DNA from: a virus
IMG/VR virus record: IMGVR_UViG_3300000062_000001
Location: 1-64,000 of that record
Length of the DNA: 64,000 nt
Reading direction: 5' to 3' (one strand)
Shown: positions 10,009-19,508 of the stretch, in pieces
Layout of the letters: each line of letters starts with the position of its first letter
How positions within the stretch are numbered: the stretch's first letter is position 1
The notes under the pieces: generated by a model
Seen by the model: the letters and a program-made list of their open reading frames with translations, nothing else
What the model was told of the DNA's origin: nothing
The model's database searches: none
Position numbers and translations under genes: made by a program

Positions 10009-10326
10009 TTATTTTGTTCCTGTTAATTTTTTATATTCTTCGTATTGTTCTAATTGTTCTGCATCTAGTTCTTCTTCTTTAGCAGGAAAAAATCTAAAGT
10101 ACACAAAACCTATTAAACTACATATAATAAAATATATAAAGAGTGCTAGAAATATCCAGTGTTCTTTAGGAAAATAAAATATTATGTGTAGTAAAAATAC
10201 TGTAAAAAACGGCCAAGTCATCATTCTGGCCATTCTTGGTAAGTATATATAGTATCCTGTAAAGGGTATTGGAACATTTCTGTTCAATGCAAAATTTCTA
10301 ACTAAAAATTGTCTTATTTTCTTCAT
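10009..10326 (-). CDS. membrane protein
   Basis: 105-aa ORF with two hydrophobic helices. Confidence 0.5.
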   Translation of the reverse strand: MKKIRQFLVRNFALNRNVPIPFTGYYIYLPRMARMMTWPFFTVFLLHIIFYFPKEHWIFLALFIYFIICSLIGFVYFRFFPAKEEELDAEQLEQYEEYKKLTGTK

Positions 10327-10554
10327 TTATAATAATTCTATATTTTCTATTTCAACTATAGTAAAATTAGGACCTATATTTCTAATAACTTCTCCTATAA
10401 TAGGTCCTTCTAATTTATCTTCTAGAAATTCTAAATCATTTTCTGTACAATTTGATATATCAAAAATAATTTCCCCTTTTACATCTAGTATTACTTGGCA
10501 TCTATATTCTTTAGTTACTAAATTTTCATTATAAGGTGCTTTTGATTCTATCAT
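10327..10554 (-). CDS. hypothetical protein
   Basis: 75-aa acidic ORF abutting its neighbours. Confidence 0.5.
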   Translation of the reverse strand: MIESKAPYNENLVTKEYRCQVILDVKGEIIFDISNCTENDLEFLEDKLEGPIIGEVIRNIGPNFTIVEIENIELL

Positions 10555-11222
10555 TATGACAAACTATTTCTATATTTAACAAAATCCATTGTTTTTAATT
10601 TAGTAATTAATCTTTCCCCATTTCTCATTAGTAGTCCTTGAGGAGTTTTAAGAACTAATCCTTCTGAATTGTTTGATAATTCTGAGATAACAGACTTAAA
10701 TCCTTTTTCAGTGAAAGCAATTGCTTCTGGAATGGTCATGTACCCCATTAATGGAACTACAGGAATTTGAAAATCTATAGCCACGTCTTCTACATTTCTT
10801 CTATCTAACCACCATTTTCCTACAGCTACATCAAAGAGTATAAACTCTATCTTATCTTTCTGTTGATAATAATAATTATTGCTAAACTGTATTTTAAAAC
10901 CATGCCCTTCCCCAAATAAAATTGTACTTGGACAATCAGCACCAAAATGAGTTTTAAATTTTTCTACAGTAAAAGTATTAACTAAATATGTTAACAAATG
11001 CTTTGGAATAATGGCTTGGTTTGTTCTTCCTTTAAACTCAACAGCCTCATTATTTTTATCATAAATGATTCTAATATTAGTACCATCTATTTTCTCTGTA
11101 CATTCCCATTCATTTTTATTTAGATATTTAAACTCTTCTGTGGTATATTTTGAAGGTATTATAATACCTTTATCATCCCTCATAAAAAGAGTTTGTATCT
11201 TGGGGTACTTTTCTATGTTCAT
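10554..11222 (-). CDS. ATP-dependent RNA ligase-like nucleotidyltransferase
   Basis: Motif I EKIDGTN, motif III ILFGEGHG, FILFDV, motif IV EGLVLK and motif V ITKLK, in canonical order. Confidence 0.65.
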   Translation of the reverse strand: MNIEKYPKIQTLFMRDDKGIIIPSKYTTEEFKYLNKNEWECTEKIDGTNIRIIYDKNNEAVEFKGRTNQAIIPKHLLTYLVNTFTVEKFKTHFGADCPSTILFGEGHGFKIQFSNNYYYQQKDKIEFILFDVAVGKWWLDRRNVEDVAIDFQIPVVPLMGYMTIPEAIAFTEKGFKSVISELSNNSEGLVLKTPQGLLMRNGERLITKLKTMDFVKYRNSLS

Positions 11223-11519
11223 TTACTTAATATTTAAATTTTCATTTATATATTTCACACCATACCTTCCACAACATAACTCAGGGCTTGATATGTGCCC
11301 TCTAACATGTTTAGCTGGTCTTGACCAACAAGCTGGCATATAGATATTACCTTCAAAATCTAAGAAAGCATATACTACTCTTTGACCATTACTATAATGT
11401 CGAATAATTTTAATATACTTTTTGCCTATACTAAATGTATATGATACTTTAAAAGGGACTTCATAAAAATTATCTGTTAACCAACTTATAAATTGATTTA
11501 TTTCTGTTTCTGTTATCAT
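11223..11519 (-). CDS. hypothetical protein
   Basis: 98-aa ORF. Confidence 0.5.
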   Translation of the reverse strand: MITETEINQFISWLTDNFYEVPFKVSYTFSIGKKYIKIIRHYSNGQRVVYAFLDFEGNIYMPACWSRPAKHVRGHISSPELCCGRYGVKYINENLNIK

Positions 11520-11528
11520 AATAAATAT

Positions 11529-13496
11529 TTAATGTGCCCAGATAGGTGTTATCACAGGCACTGCTTTTAATTCAATTGTTTTACAATAATAATTTCCTGC
11601 GTTTTCCATACATCTTTTTAAATTTTCTGCAACCATTTTAGAGAGTTCTTTTGGACACTCAAGTAAAATCTCATCGTGGACAGCATTAACTAATAGTACT
11701 TCATTAAAATAATTATTTTCTACTATCCATTTAAATAAATGAACCTGAGCTATTTTGGTCACTTCTGCACTGCATCCCTGGACTGGATAATTCTGAGCTT
11801 TTCGCTGCATTTCTCCTTTATATGTATAAAACTTTTTTACTATTTCCTTTTTAACAGGAGAATCCTTATAATCATCCCAAAACCCCTCCTCATGTATAGC
11901 AAAATTTGCTTCATTATACTCATCCATAAAGCTAAAATAATATCTCCTTCCAGTTTTACCAGAAATGAGTATATAACCCCTTTTTATAGCTTCTGAACCA
12001 ACCCTATCAAAATATTTTTTAAGTTCAGGAAAGGCTTTAAAATAGGCTTTATACGCACTGTCTCCAACTGCTTTAGAAACATTAGCATTTTTAGCTATAG
12101 TATCTCCATTACCTCCGTAATTTATCGAAAACCCAGCAGTTTTAGCCAGGTATCTTAAATCAGGTCTTGATTTTTTAACCTCTTTCTCTTCTAAATCATT
12201 TAATTCTCCAGGAAAGCAAAGCTTTGCTACAAAACTATGCATATCAGTTCTACCTGAGTTATAAAATTCAAGTAAATTAGGTTCTAAACAAGTATTAGCT
12301 AGAATTATTTGTTCTTGACCACTGTAATCAGCATTAACTAAAATGTTATTTTTAGATTGTGCAGTGAAACAGGCTCTAAATATTTGTTCCTCATCGTCTT
12401 CTGTTGTGGGTAGATTTTGTAAATTTGGGTTCTTAGAAGACATTCTTGAAGTATCCTGTAATTGAATATATTCACTATGTACTCTTCCTGTAATTTTATT
12501 AATGTGATTTAAGAAATCAATTCCATATGTAGTAATTGCTTTTTCTGTAGCTTTATATTCTAAATATAACTTTACAAATGGATAATCTTTCTCATATTTC
12601 TTTATTACAGGCGCCTCTATAGATTTTTTCATAAGACCTGTTTCTTTATCAGCAACTAGTATATCTAGTCCCAATGTTTCAAAAATTGGTATAACCTGTT
12701 TAGATGATGCCCAATTAATATTTATAGATCTTTTTTCAGGTTCAAATAAATCCATTTGAGGATTTATATATTGAGGTAAATTATTAATTATCCACTCATT
12801 TAATTTATCAAGACTTACTTTAGCTTTTTTAAGATTCTTTTTATAAACTTTAGTCCATTTATCAGCATCTAAATAGATACCACAATTCTCCATGTAGGAC
12901 AATGCTATAACATATTTATTCTCTATATCAATAGCTATAGTACATCTATCTTTTAATGCTTCCTCAAGTTGATAAAGATAAACATCTTCTAAATATTCTA
13001 CGTCTTCTGCACAATATATAAGAACCCTATTAGTTAATCCTTCTTTATGAATGTATTGTCTATTAGTTTTATCTAATTCATAATTACAGTATTTTTTAAC
13101 AAGATTATATAAACTTTGCCAAGGATGATCACTATAATTATATAGAACTAAATCAGCCAAAAACACATCCCACACATTATTAATAATAATACCTCTTTTT
13201 AATAAGAATCTAATATCAAATTTAGCATTACAGAGAATTTTTAATCTTAGATTATCTTCAAGAATTTCTTTGTAATTATTAATGTCTATAGTAGTACAAT
13301 CTACAATAACTTGAAATTCTTTACAACCTAACTGTAATGTTAGAATAGTATCTGTTAAAGGACTTAATCCTGTAGTTTCTGTATCTACTCCTATTATATC
13401 TAATGATTTCAATAAGTGAATAGACTCTTTTACAGATATTATTGTATAACAATTCTCTTTATACAGTTTCTTCTGATTTGTTACTAGATATATCAT
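11529..13496 (-). CDS. polA: family A DNA polymerase with 3'-5' exonuclease domain
   Basis: Exo I GVDTETTGL, motif A DYSGQEQI, motif B RYLAKTAGFSINYG, motif C VHDEILLE. 655 aa with no in-frame TGA. Confidence 0.9.
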   Translation of the reverse strand: MIYLVTNQKKLYKENCYTIISVKESIHLLKSLDIIGVDTETTGLSPLTDTILTLQLGCKEFQVIVDCTTIDINNYKEILEDNLRLKILCNAKFDIRFLLKRGIIINNVWDVFLADLVLYNYSDHPWQSLYNLVKKYCNYELDKTNRQYIHKEGLTNRVLIYCAEDVEYLEDVYLYQLEEALKDRCTIAIDIENKYVIALSYMENCGIYLDADKWTKVYKKNLKKAKVSLDKLNEWIINNLPQYINPQMDLFEPEKRSININWASSKQVIPIFETLGLDILVADKETGLMKKSIEAPVIKKYEKDYPFVKLYLEYKATEKAITTYGIDFLNHINKITGRVHSEYIQLQDTSRMSSKNPNLQNLPTTEDDEEQIFRACFTAQSKNNILVNADYSGQEQIILANTCLEPNLLEFYNSGRTDMHSFVAKLCFPGELNDLEEKEVKKSRPDLRYLAKTAGFSINYGGNGDTIAKNANVSKAVGDSAYKAYFKAFPELKKYFDRVGSEAIKRGYILISGKTGRRYYFSFMDEYNEANFAIHEEGFWDDYKDSPVKKEIVKKFYTYKGEMQRKAQNYPVQGCSAEVTKIAQVHLFKWIVENNYFNEVLLVNAVHDEILLECPKELSKMVAENLKRCMENAGNYYCKTIELKAVPVITPIWAH

Positions 13497-13752
13497 TATT
13501 TTTAAATTCTATAATATGATTACCTCTATAAAAATGAATCTTCTTTATCTTTCTTCTTTTAGGATCAATAGTTAATATTTCCCCTTGAGTAATTTTACCC
13601 CCACTTTCAGGTAACAATTGCAACCTTACATCCTCAATCATCTTACTTCTTAGATACCCGACATCAAAATCTAACTTGGCTATATCATCCTTGAAATACT
13701 TAATACCCCAACCATGTCTTGACATAGCTATAGTGCCTGGTTTTATTTCCAT
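13459..13752 (-). CDS. hypothetical protein
   Basis: 97-aa ORF overlapping the polA start by 38 nt. Confidence 0.45.
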   Translation of the reverse strand: MEIKPGTIAMSRHGWGIKYFKDDIAKLDFDVGYLRSKMIEDVRLQLLPESGGKITQGEILTIDPKRRKIKKIHFYRGNHIIEFKNNDISSNKSEETV

Positions 13753-14174
13753 AATATTCCATTTTTAAAATCTAGTTTCCATCCAAGATATTTAAACACG
13801 TGTGTAGCTAATATTCCTTTAATATTCTTATTAATATCTTCAAAATGATTTAGGAGTCTTTTAATATTTGTTACACTCGCCTGTAATTCAAAATCATCTG
13901 TTCCTATTGTAACAGGTATTATTACAGATTTTCCTTCCATACTTCCTCCTACACTTTCTAATTCATATACTTCAGGTACAGATTCAATTGAATATGTAGA
14001 AGAGATCTCTTTAAAAAATTCTTCATCAATTATTGAAAGGTTGGCCCCACTGTCTAATATAAAACTATAACTTGTATTAAAAATATTTATATCTATAACT
14101 GGTATAGTATAATTATTAAATATTTCCTTATTAAAGTCTATTTTATATTCATAATTTACATTTATATTCTCCAT
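13743..14174 (-). CDS. retropepsin-like aspartic protease domain protein
   Basis: FILDSGANLSIID (the D-S-G-A catalytic motif), plus a C-terminal GILATHVF...LDFKNGIL flap-like region. Confidence 0.5.
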   Translation of the reverse strand: MENINVNYEYKIDFNKEIFNNYTIPVIDINIFNTSYSFILDSGANLSIIDEEFFKEISSTYSIESVPEVYELESVGGSMEGKSVIIPVTIGTDDFELQASVTNIKRLLNHFEDINKNIKGILATHVFKYLGWKLDFKNGILWK

Positions 14175-14359
14175 TCGCTACCTATTTATTTGTTGAGAAA
14201 ATCCTATAGCTTTATAATCTGAAGGAGTTTCTTCTATAACAGATTGATAGTGCCTTAAAAGTATTCCAAATAGATAATACTTCTTTTCTTCTATACAAAA
14301 CCTATTTTTTTCTACCTCAAAATCTCTCGTTGTTATTACTTTCCACATTTATTTGTAAT

Positions 14360-15017
14360 TTATTGACACATAGAATAGCCACAAGCAATACACTTAGCAC
14401 AACCATTCTCTTTTATTAGTTTTTCTCCACAATCAGGGCAAACTTCTATACTTACCTCTTTGTTATATTTATTCAGAACTCTACTTATTACAGACACAAA
14501 AGATACTATACTGTCATTAATTTTCTTTGCTACTTTAATAATAAACTTAATATCTGCTCCATGTCTTAATAACATAGATGTATATAATGCACAGGCTTTC
14601 TCTAAATCACTGTTCCCCTGGTTATTTAAATTATTAATAGTAAATTCTTCACTCTTAAACTGATAATGATTCTTTTTAATTTTAATAATTTCCCCTGAAC
14701 ATTCTTTAGGTAAATCTGTATTAACATCAAGTATATATGCAAAAATTTCATAGGGTTTTCCTTCTAATAATCCTATTATAACTGCATATTTTACACCATT
14801 ATATTTACTAATATGTAAATTGGCTTCTAATTTTCTTGGTCTTTTGGGAGCATTATAAGATTTAAAAGTAGCAGTATTTGTATTATTTACTAATATACCA
14901 CTTCTACAGTTATCTCTGTATACTGTTACCCCCTTAATTCCTAATTTATTAGCTTTAGTATAAATATCAGCTACTACATCTTTACTTATGGTTTCAGGAA
15001 GATTAATTGTTGAACTT
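14360..15017 (-). CDS. nrdJ: class II ribonucleotide reductase, exon 2
   Basis: The frame is open from 15017 and encodes SSTINLPETISKDVVADIYTKANKLGIKGVTVYRD... ending CPDCGEKLIKENGCAKCIACGYSMCQ. Track ORF 14360..14575 is only its tail. Confidence 0.8.
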
Positions 15018-16082
15018 CAATTTCATCTATATTTTCATATAGTTTGGACTATATCATCACCCTTAACTTAATAGTAGGGCGTTGGACGCTAATTCTGGTT
15101 ATTAAGAGGACTTTACCTCTCCAGTAGTCTCTGAACCTTTTCATAGTGTACTATGAACTTGGCTGCTGATTAGCATGATTACTAATTAATTTACAAATAT
15201 TAATAAAATATTCTTGAGTAAAGTGCATTTTCATAAGATTTATGTCTTTATAAAGCCATTGTATATTACCTTCAATATAACCTTTAGATGAATCAATTCT
15301 ATCTAAAGATGCTATATGTTTATTTACATTGTTTTTATCTCTTTGGCTTCTATTAATATAAATATCTAATCCTGTTAAATTACACTTACACTTTTGATTA
15401 ATGAAAATAGTTTCCAGATATTCTGGAGAAACAGTAAACTCTATACCTCTATTTTGCGCATTTTTAAAAAGTCTATTATATTCTCCTTTAGATATGTGAT
15501 ATGTAATCATATTATGTCTTTTAGGTTTTTTATCACTTTGTAAAAAACAATTGTTACATTTAGGTAATCTGTTCTTTCTACTAAAGGTACTATGACCTGT
15601 ATGATAAATATGTCCACAATCACATTGAACTTTATAAAAAGTATTTCCTTTATATTGGTAATGCTCTCCTATAATAGTCAAATTTAATACCTTATATCCT
15701 ATTTTATATTTTCCAGACTCAATTCTTCTTTTCTTTTGAGAACAACTTCTACAAGATTTAGAAAAATTAGCTCTATTTATATAATCTTTGTGATATACCT
15801 GCGTTTTACCACAAGAACATTTTAGGGTATAACACTCTTTTCCATTAATACTAAATGGCTCTGATACTACAGACCATTCATTTACGGTACTTCCTATTGA
15901 TAAATCTCTATTCATACTTTTGTATTTTAATTGTTAAAAACATAAAGGTAAGTAAAATATTTGACATATACAATAGATTTACAAAATATTTTATATTATA
16001 CTTTATAATTAATAATTTTAGCTTTCCAGCAATTCATCCAATTTTCATTAATAGATTACTCTATTATGCCACAAGTTCTTTT
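15018..16082 (-). mobile_element. group I intron in nrdJ
   Basis: Core elements, given as minus-strand sense: P gaattgctggaaag (16022-16035), Q aatcagcagcc (15161-15171), R ggttcagagactac (15124-15137), S gatgatatagtcc (15046-15058). P1 pairs exon gccaU with intron GUGGC, P10 pairs aacuu with exon 2 aaguu, and a G precedes the 3' splice site. The spliced frame is continuous at 897 codons. Confidence 0.85.
15151..15915 (-). CDS. intron-encoded HNH homing endonuclease
   Basis: SLDRIDSSKGYIEGNIQWLYKDINLMK HNH motif and repeated CxxC zinc knuckles. Lies between the P and Q elements, and its 3' end overlaps Q. Confidence 0.75.
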   Translation of the reverse strand: MNRDLSIGSTVNEWSVVSEPFSINGKECYTLKCSCGKTQVYHKDYINRANFSKSCRSCSQKKRRIESGKYKIGYKVLNLTIIGEHYQYKGNTFYKVQCDCGHIYHTGHSTFSRKNRLPKCNNCFLQSDKKPKRHNMITYHISKGEYNRLFKNAQNRGIEFTVSPEYLETIFINQKCKCNLTGLDIYINRSQRDKNNVNKHIASLDRIDSSKGYIEGNIQWLYKDINLMKMHFTQEYFINICKLISNHANQQPSS

Positions 16083-18115
16083 ATGGCTGAAGTTATATAT
16101 TTCTGAATTAATGCTTGCGTTTCAAGTCTTACATTATAATCCAAATCAGCTGATGATTGTTTATAATAAGGTGATTGCTCATAGGCTAATTGCACATTCT
16201 CTTTAGATATGTGATTACTCATTACTTCATTGTAATCCCAAGTCTTATTCATCCACTCTTTTAATCCAGGATGAATTACTAAATATTCTTTAAACCCTAC
16301 TCCATTTTGGTCAATAAAATCAGGTTTTTCATCAGTGTTACACTTCTTTCTTCTAGTGTAATGTGGTTGAAACATTGGTTCAATTCCTGAAGTACAATTT
16401 CCTGCCAGAATACTTAGGCTTCCTGTGGGTCCTAAAGTTGAAATTCCTGCATTTCTCCTACCATATTTAACCATTCTATTAACCTGATTAGGGTATTCAT
16501 TTAGTATAAATTTATACCACTTATTAACTGGTTGGGCATTAGTACTCCCGTCTATATAAGAATATTCTTTCATTCTGTTCCATAAAGGAAAAGCCCCCCT
16601 AAGAATAGCCATATCAATAGAAGCATCAAGTTCAGCTTCTAATTTGAGCCTAAACAATTGATCAGTAATTTCTTTATCACCATAAGGTAATCCTAACATA
16701 GCTAACATATCAGCATAACCTGTTATCTCATTACCTATTCTTCTACCTTTTAAACCTATTTCTCTGATCTTCCACCAAAGTTTAAACTCATCAGAAGAAT
16801 TAATTATTCTTTGTAAATCATCACAATCCATTAATCCTGAAAATCCTTGAGAACAAGGTTTATTTATATAGTCTTGATATTTAGGATTAATCTTAATGAG
16901 TATTCTATCAACAGCTTCTATTTCTAGATCTACTAAATTATCTGCTAATACAGTACATTCATAGAATATTTTATAAGCTAATTCTAAATCTAATCCAGCC
17001 TCTTTAGTATAAGGGTTTTTTATTAATGATTTAAGATTCACACACATTAATTTACAAGCCTCGCTTGCTGCAAGGGGTAATTCACTGCAAGGATTTGTGC
17101 AACAGGGAGTTAACTCTTTGTATACACTCGTAGGATCATAATTTAATACATTATTCCAAAACAAAATTCCAGGTTCTGCATAACCCCAAGCACTATTAAT
17201 GATCTTATTCCAAAGTTCCTTAGCTTTAATTCTTTTATAATATTTTATAGTACTTTTATCAGAAAGTTTATATGTATACAACTTATTATATTCAATAAGC
17301 TCGAAAAATTCTTTTACACTTGTACCTTCTAATTTAGCTAAATCTATTGGTAAAACCCCATTATCCTTGCAAGGAAATGTTAAATAATAATCTTTATCTT
17401 CCTCTACAGCATCTAAAAAATCTTTATTTAACTTAATAGATAAATTAGCTCCTGTTATTTTAGTTAAATCATTTTTAATAGTAATGAATTCTTCTATGTC
17501 TGGGTGATTAATATCCATTGTAATCATTAAAGCTGCTCTCCTTCCTCCCTGACCTATCACATCAGTTATTTTAGAGTATAAATCAAGAAAGCTTACTGCT
17601 CCAGTACTACTATTAGCAGCATTATTTACACTAGCTCCACCAGGTCTTAAATTACTAATATCAAAGCCTACACCTCCCCTTCTCTTGCTTATTTGAGCTA
17701 TACTTTTAGTAGTATTAAATATACTTTCTATATTATCTTCAGGAGGATCAATTACAAAACAATTACTTAATGAAACTGGTTTATTGGCTCCTAGTCCTGC
17801 TAGTACTGAACCTCCTGGTATAATATATTTAAAATCTTTAAATAATTTATATATATAATCATACACACCGTCTTCATGCTCAAATGTTAAATATCTATCT
17901 TGACCATACTGAGAAAGCCTTGAATAATCTCCATCACACTCCTCTATATAGTTTTTTTCTATTCTTGTAAATTCCTTGGCCAATCTTTGCCAAAGATCTT
18001 TTGGAGTTTCTGTAGGGTTATTGTTTTTATCTTTATGAGAGTACTTTTTTAGAAATACATCTGTTGCTAGAGTATCTCCTTTAAAATATTCTAATACTTG
18101 TTCTTCTACATTCAT
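16083..18115 (-). CDS. nrdJ: class II (B12-dependent type) ribonucleotide reductase, exon 1
   Basis: VSLSNCFVID and CCTNPCSELPL active-site motifs. The track ORF runs 19 nt into the intron before its stop. Confidence 0.85.
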
Positions 18116-18348
18116 ATATTATTTAAAATTGTTTCTAATATTTTTTTAAATTCACTATGATTTATTCTCTCTTTCTTTTCACAAAGCATATTTAAATGTT
18201 TTCCTGTAGTTCTAGACCATATATTTTCAGAAACATAAAATTTTTGATATACAGCAAACGCTACTATTGTTTTATATGAAAAATAAAAAGAAGCATAATT
18301 TACAGTAACTTTATTAAAATTATTGCAAAGATTATCTAAAGAAATCAT
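18112..18348 (-). CDS. hypothetical protein
   Basis: 78-aa ORF ending in TGA, in an ATGA overlap with the nrdJ start. Confidence 0.5.
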   Translation of the reverse strand: MISLDNLCNNFNKVTVNYASFYFSYKTIVAFAVYQKFYVSENIWSRTTGKHLNMLCEKKERINHSEFKKILETILNNI

Positions 18349-19508
18349 ACTTGGACAACACGTTTATTAATTACATTCTTAGCAGTATTTAAAATAGTAC
18401 CTATACTCTTTATACTGCAAGAATCTATGACATTATATATTCTTCTGTCTGATATACTAAGATCTTTAATATACTCTTCATTCTCTTTAATTAATTCCTT
18501 TAAATTTTCTACAGAAGATTTAAAATAATCTACATCATAATTTAGTAATAAATCGGGTTTATAATCTGTTTCAGTGCACATAATAAACATTTCTGAAACT
18601 CTCATTTTTGCAGTATCTGATGTTGGTACTGACCTCACTTTGGATGGATTTACTAAAACTACAACCTTAGTATCCCCAAATGATCCATAATTATATTTTT
18701 TGCTGGCTGCATGAAGGCCCTTACTACAATCTATTTGGTTGTTAAGATCTACCTCACTTTCTTCTATTTTGTATACTGAACCAATTCTAATGTCCATAGA
18801 ACGTGTGTGGGCATCAGTGTATTTATTTGACTCATGTTTATCTAGACTTTTATATGCCTCTTCTAAAGTAGATATATACATCCACTCTTTTCTTCTACAT
18901 ATATCTTTATGTTTTATAATGGGTTCATAGTTCTGCTTAGGGGATCCATAATCTTTATAATCTTTATAAATCACATAATTTGCTGGAGATTTTTTCCATA
19001 ATTTTACTTTAACATAAAAGTCTGAAACAGTTTTAATATAACTATCTTCATTACTTTTCTTAACAATGCTTCTGTAAAGAACTAAATTACCAGACGGTGT
19101 GAGTTGTATACCATTATTTTTTATAAATTTATATAGATCCTCTCTACTTTGTGGAATAGGATTTAATGCACACCAATACCAAAAATTAATTAAAGCTTTT
19201 AATTCCTTACCTTTAAGATATAAAAATTTATGTGCTAATTCTTTTGGGATAGCTAAATTTATTCCTTTCAGATATAAACAACCATTTTTTGTATCAAATA
19301 ACTTTGAGTCTAGTTTATCTAAACTCTTATTTACATCTATTTTTTGTTGAGTATCTGTATCTAAAGTTTTTATTATAGCATCTTCTAATTCGTTTCTATT
19401 AGATTTTATGAGGTCCATAAATTTTTCCTTAGTAACCTCTGTGAAAACAAAAATTTTGCCATTATTTATAATGGTGGCAGAACCATTACTGAAAAATCCT
19501 TTATTCAT
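18345..19508 (-). CDS. hypothetical protein
   Basis: 387-aa ORF ending in TGA, in an ATGA overlap. Confidence 0.55.
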   Translation of the reverse strand: MNKGFFSNGSATIINNGKIFVFTEVTKEKFMDLIKSNRNELEDAIIKTLDTDTQQKIDVNKSLDKLDSKLFDTKNGCLYLKGINLAIPKELAHKFLYLKGKELKALINFWYWCALNPIPQSREDLYKFIKNNGIQLTPSGNLVLYRSIVKKSNEDSYIKTVSDFYVKVKLWKKSPANYVIYKDYKDYGSPKQNYEPIIKHKDICRRKEWMYISTLEEAYKSLDKHESNKYTDAHTRSMDIRIGSVYKIEESEVDLNNQIDCSKGLHAASKKYNYGSFGDTKVVVLVNPSKVRSVPTSDTAKMRVSEMFIMCTETDYKPDLLLNYDVDYFKSSVENLKELIKENEEYIKDLSISDRRIYNVIDSCSIKSIGTILNTAKNVINKRVVQV

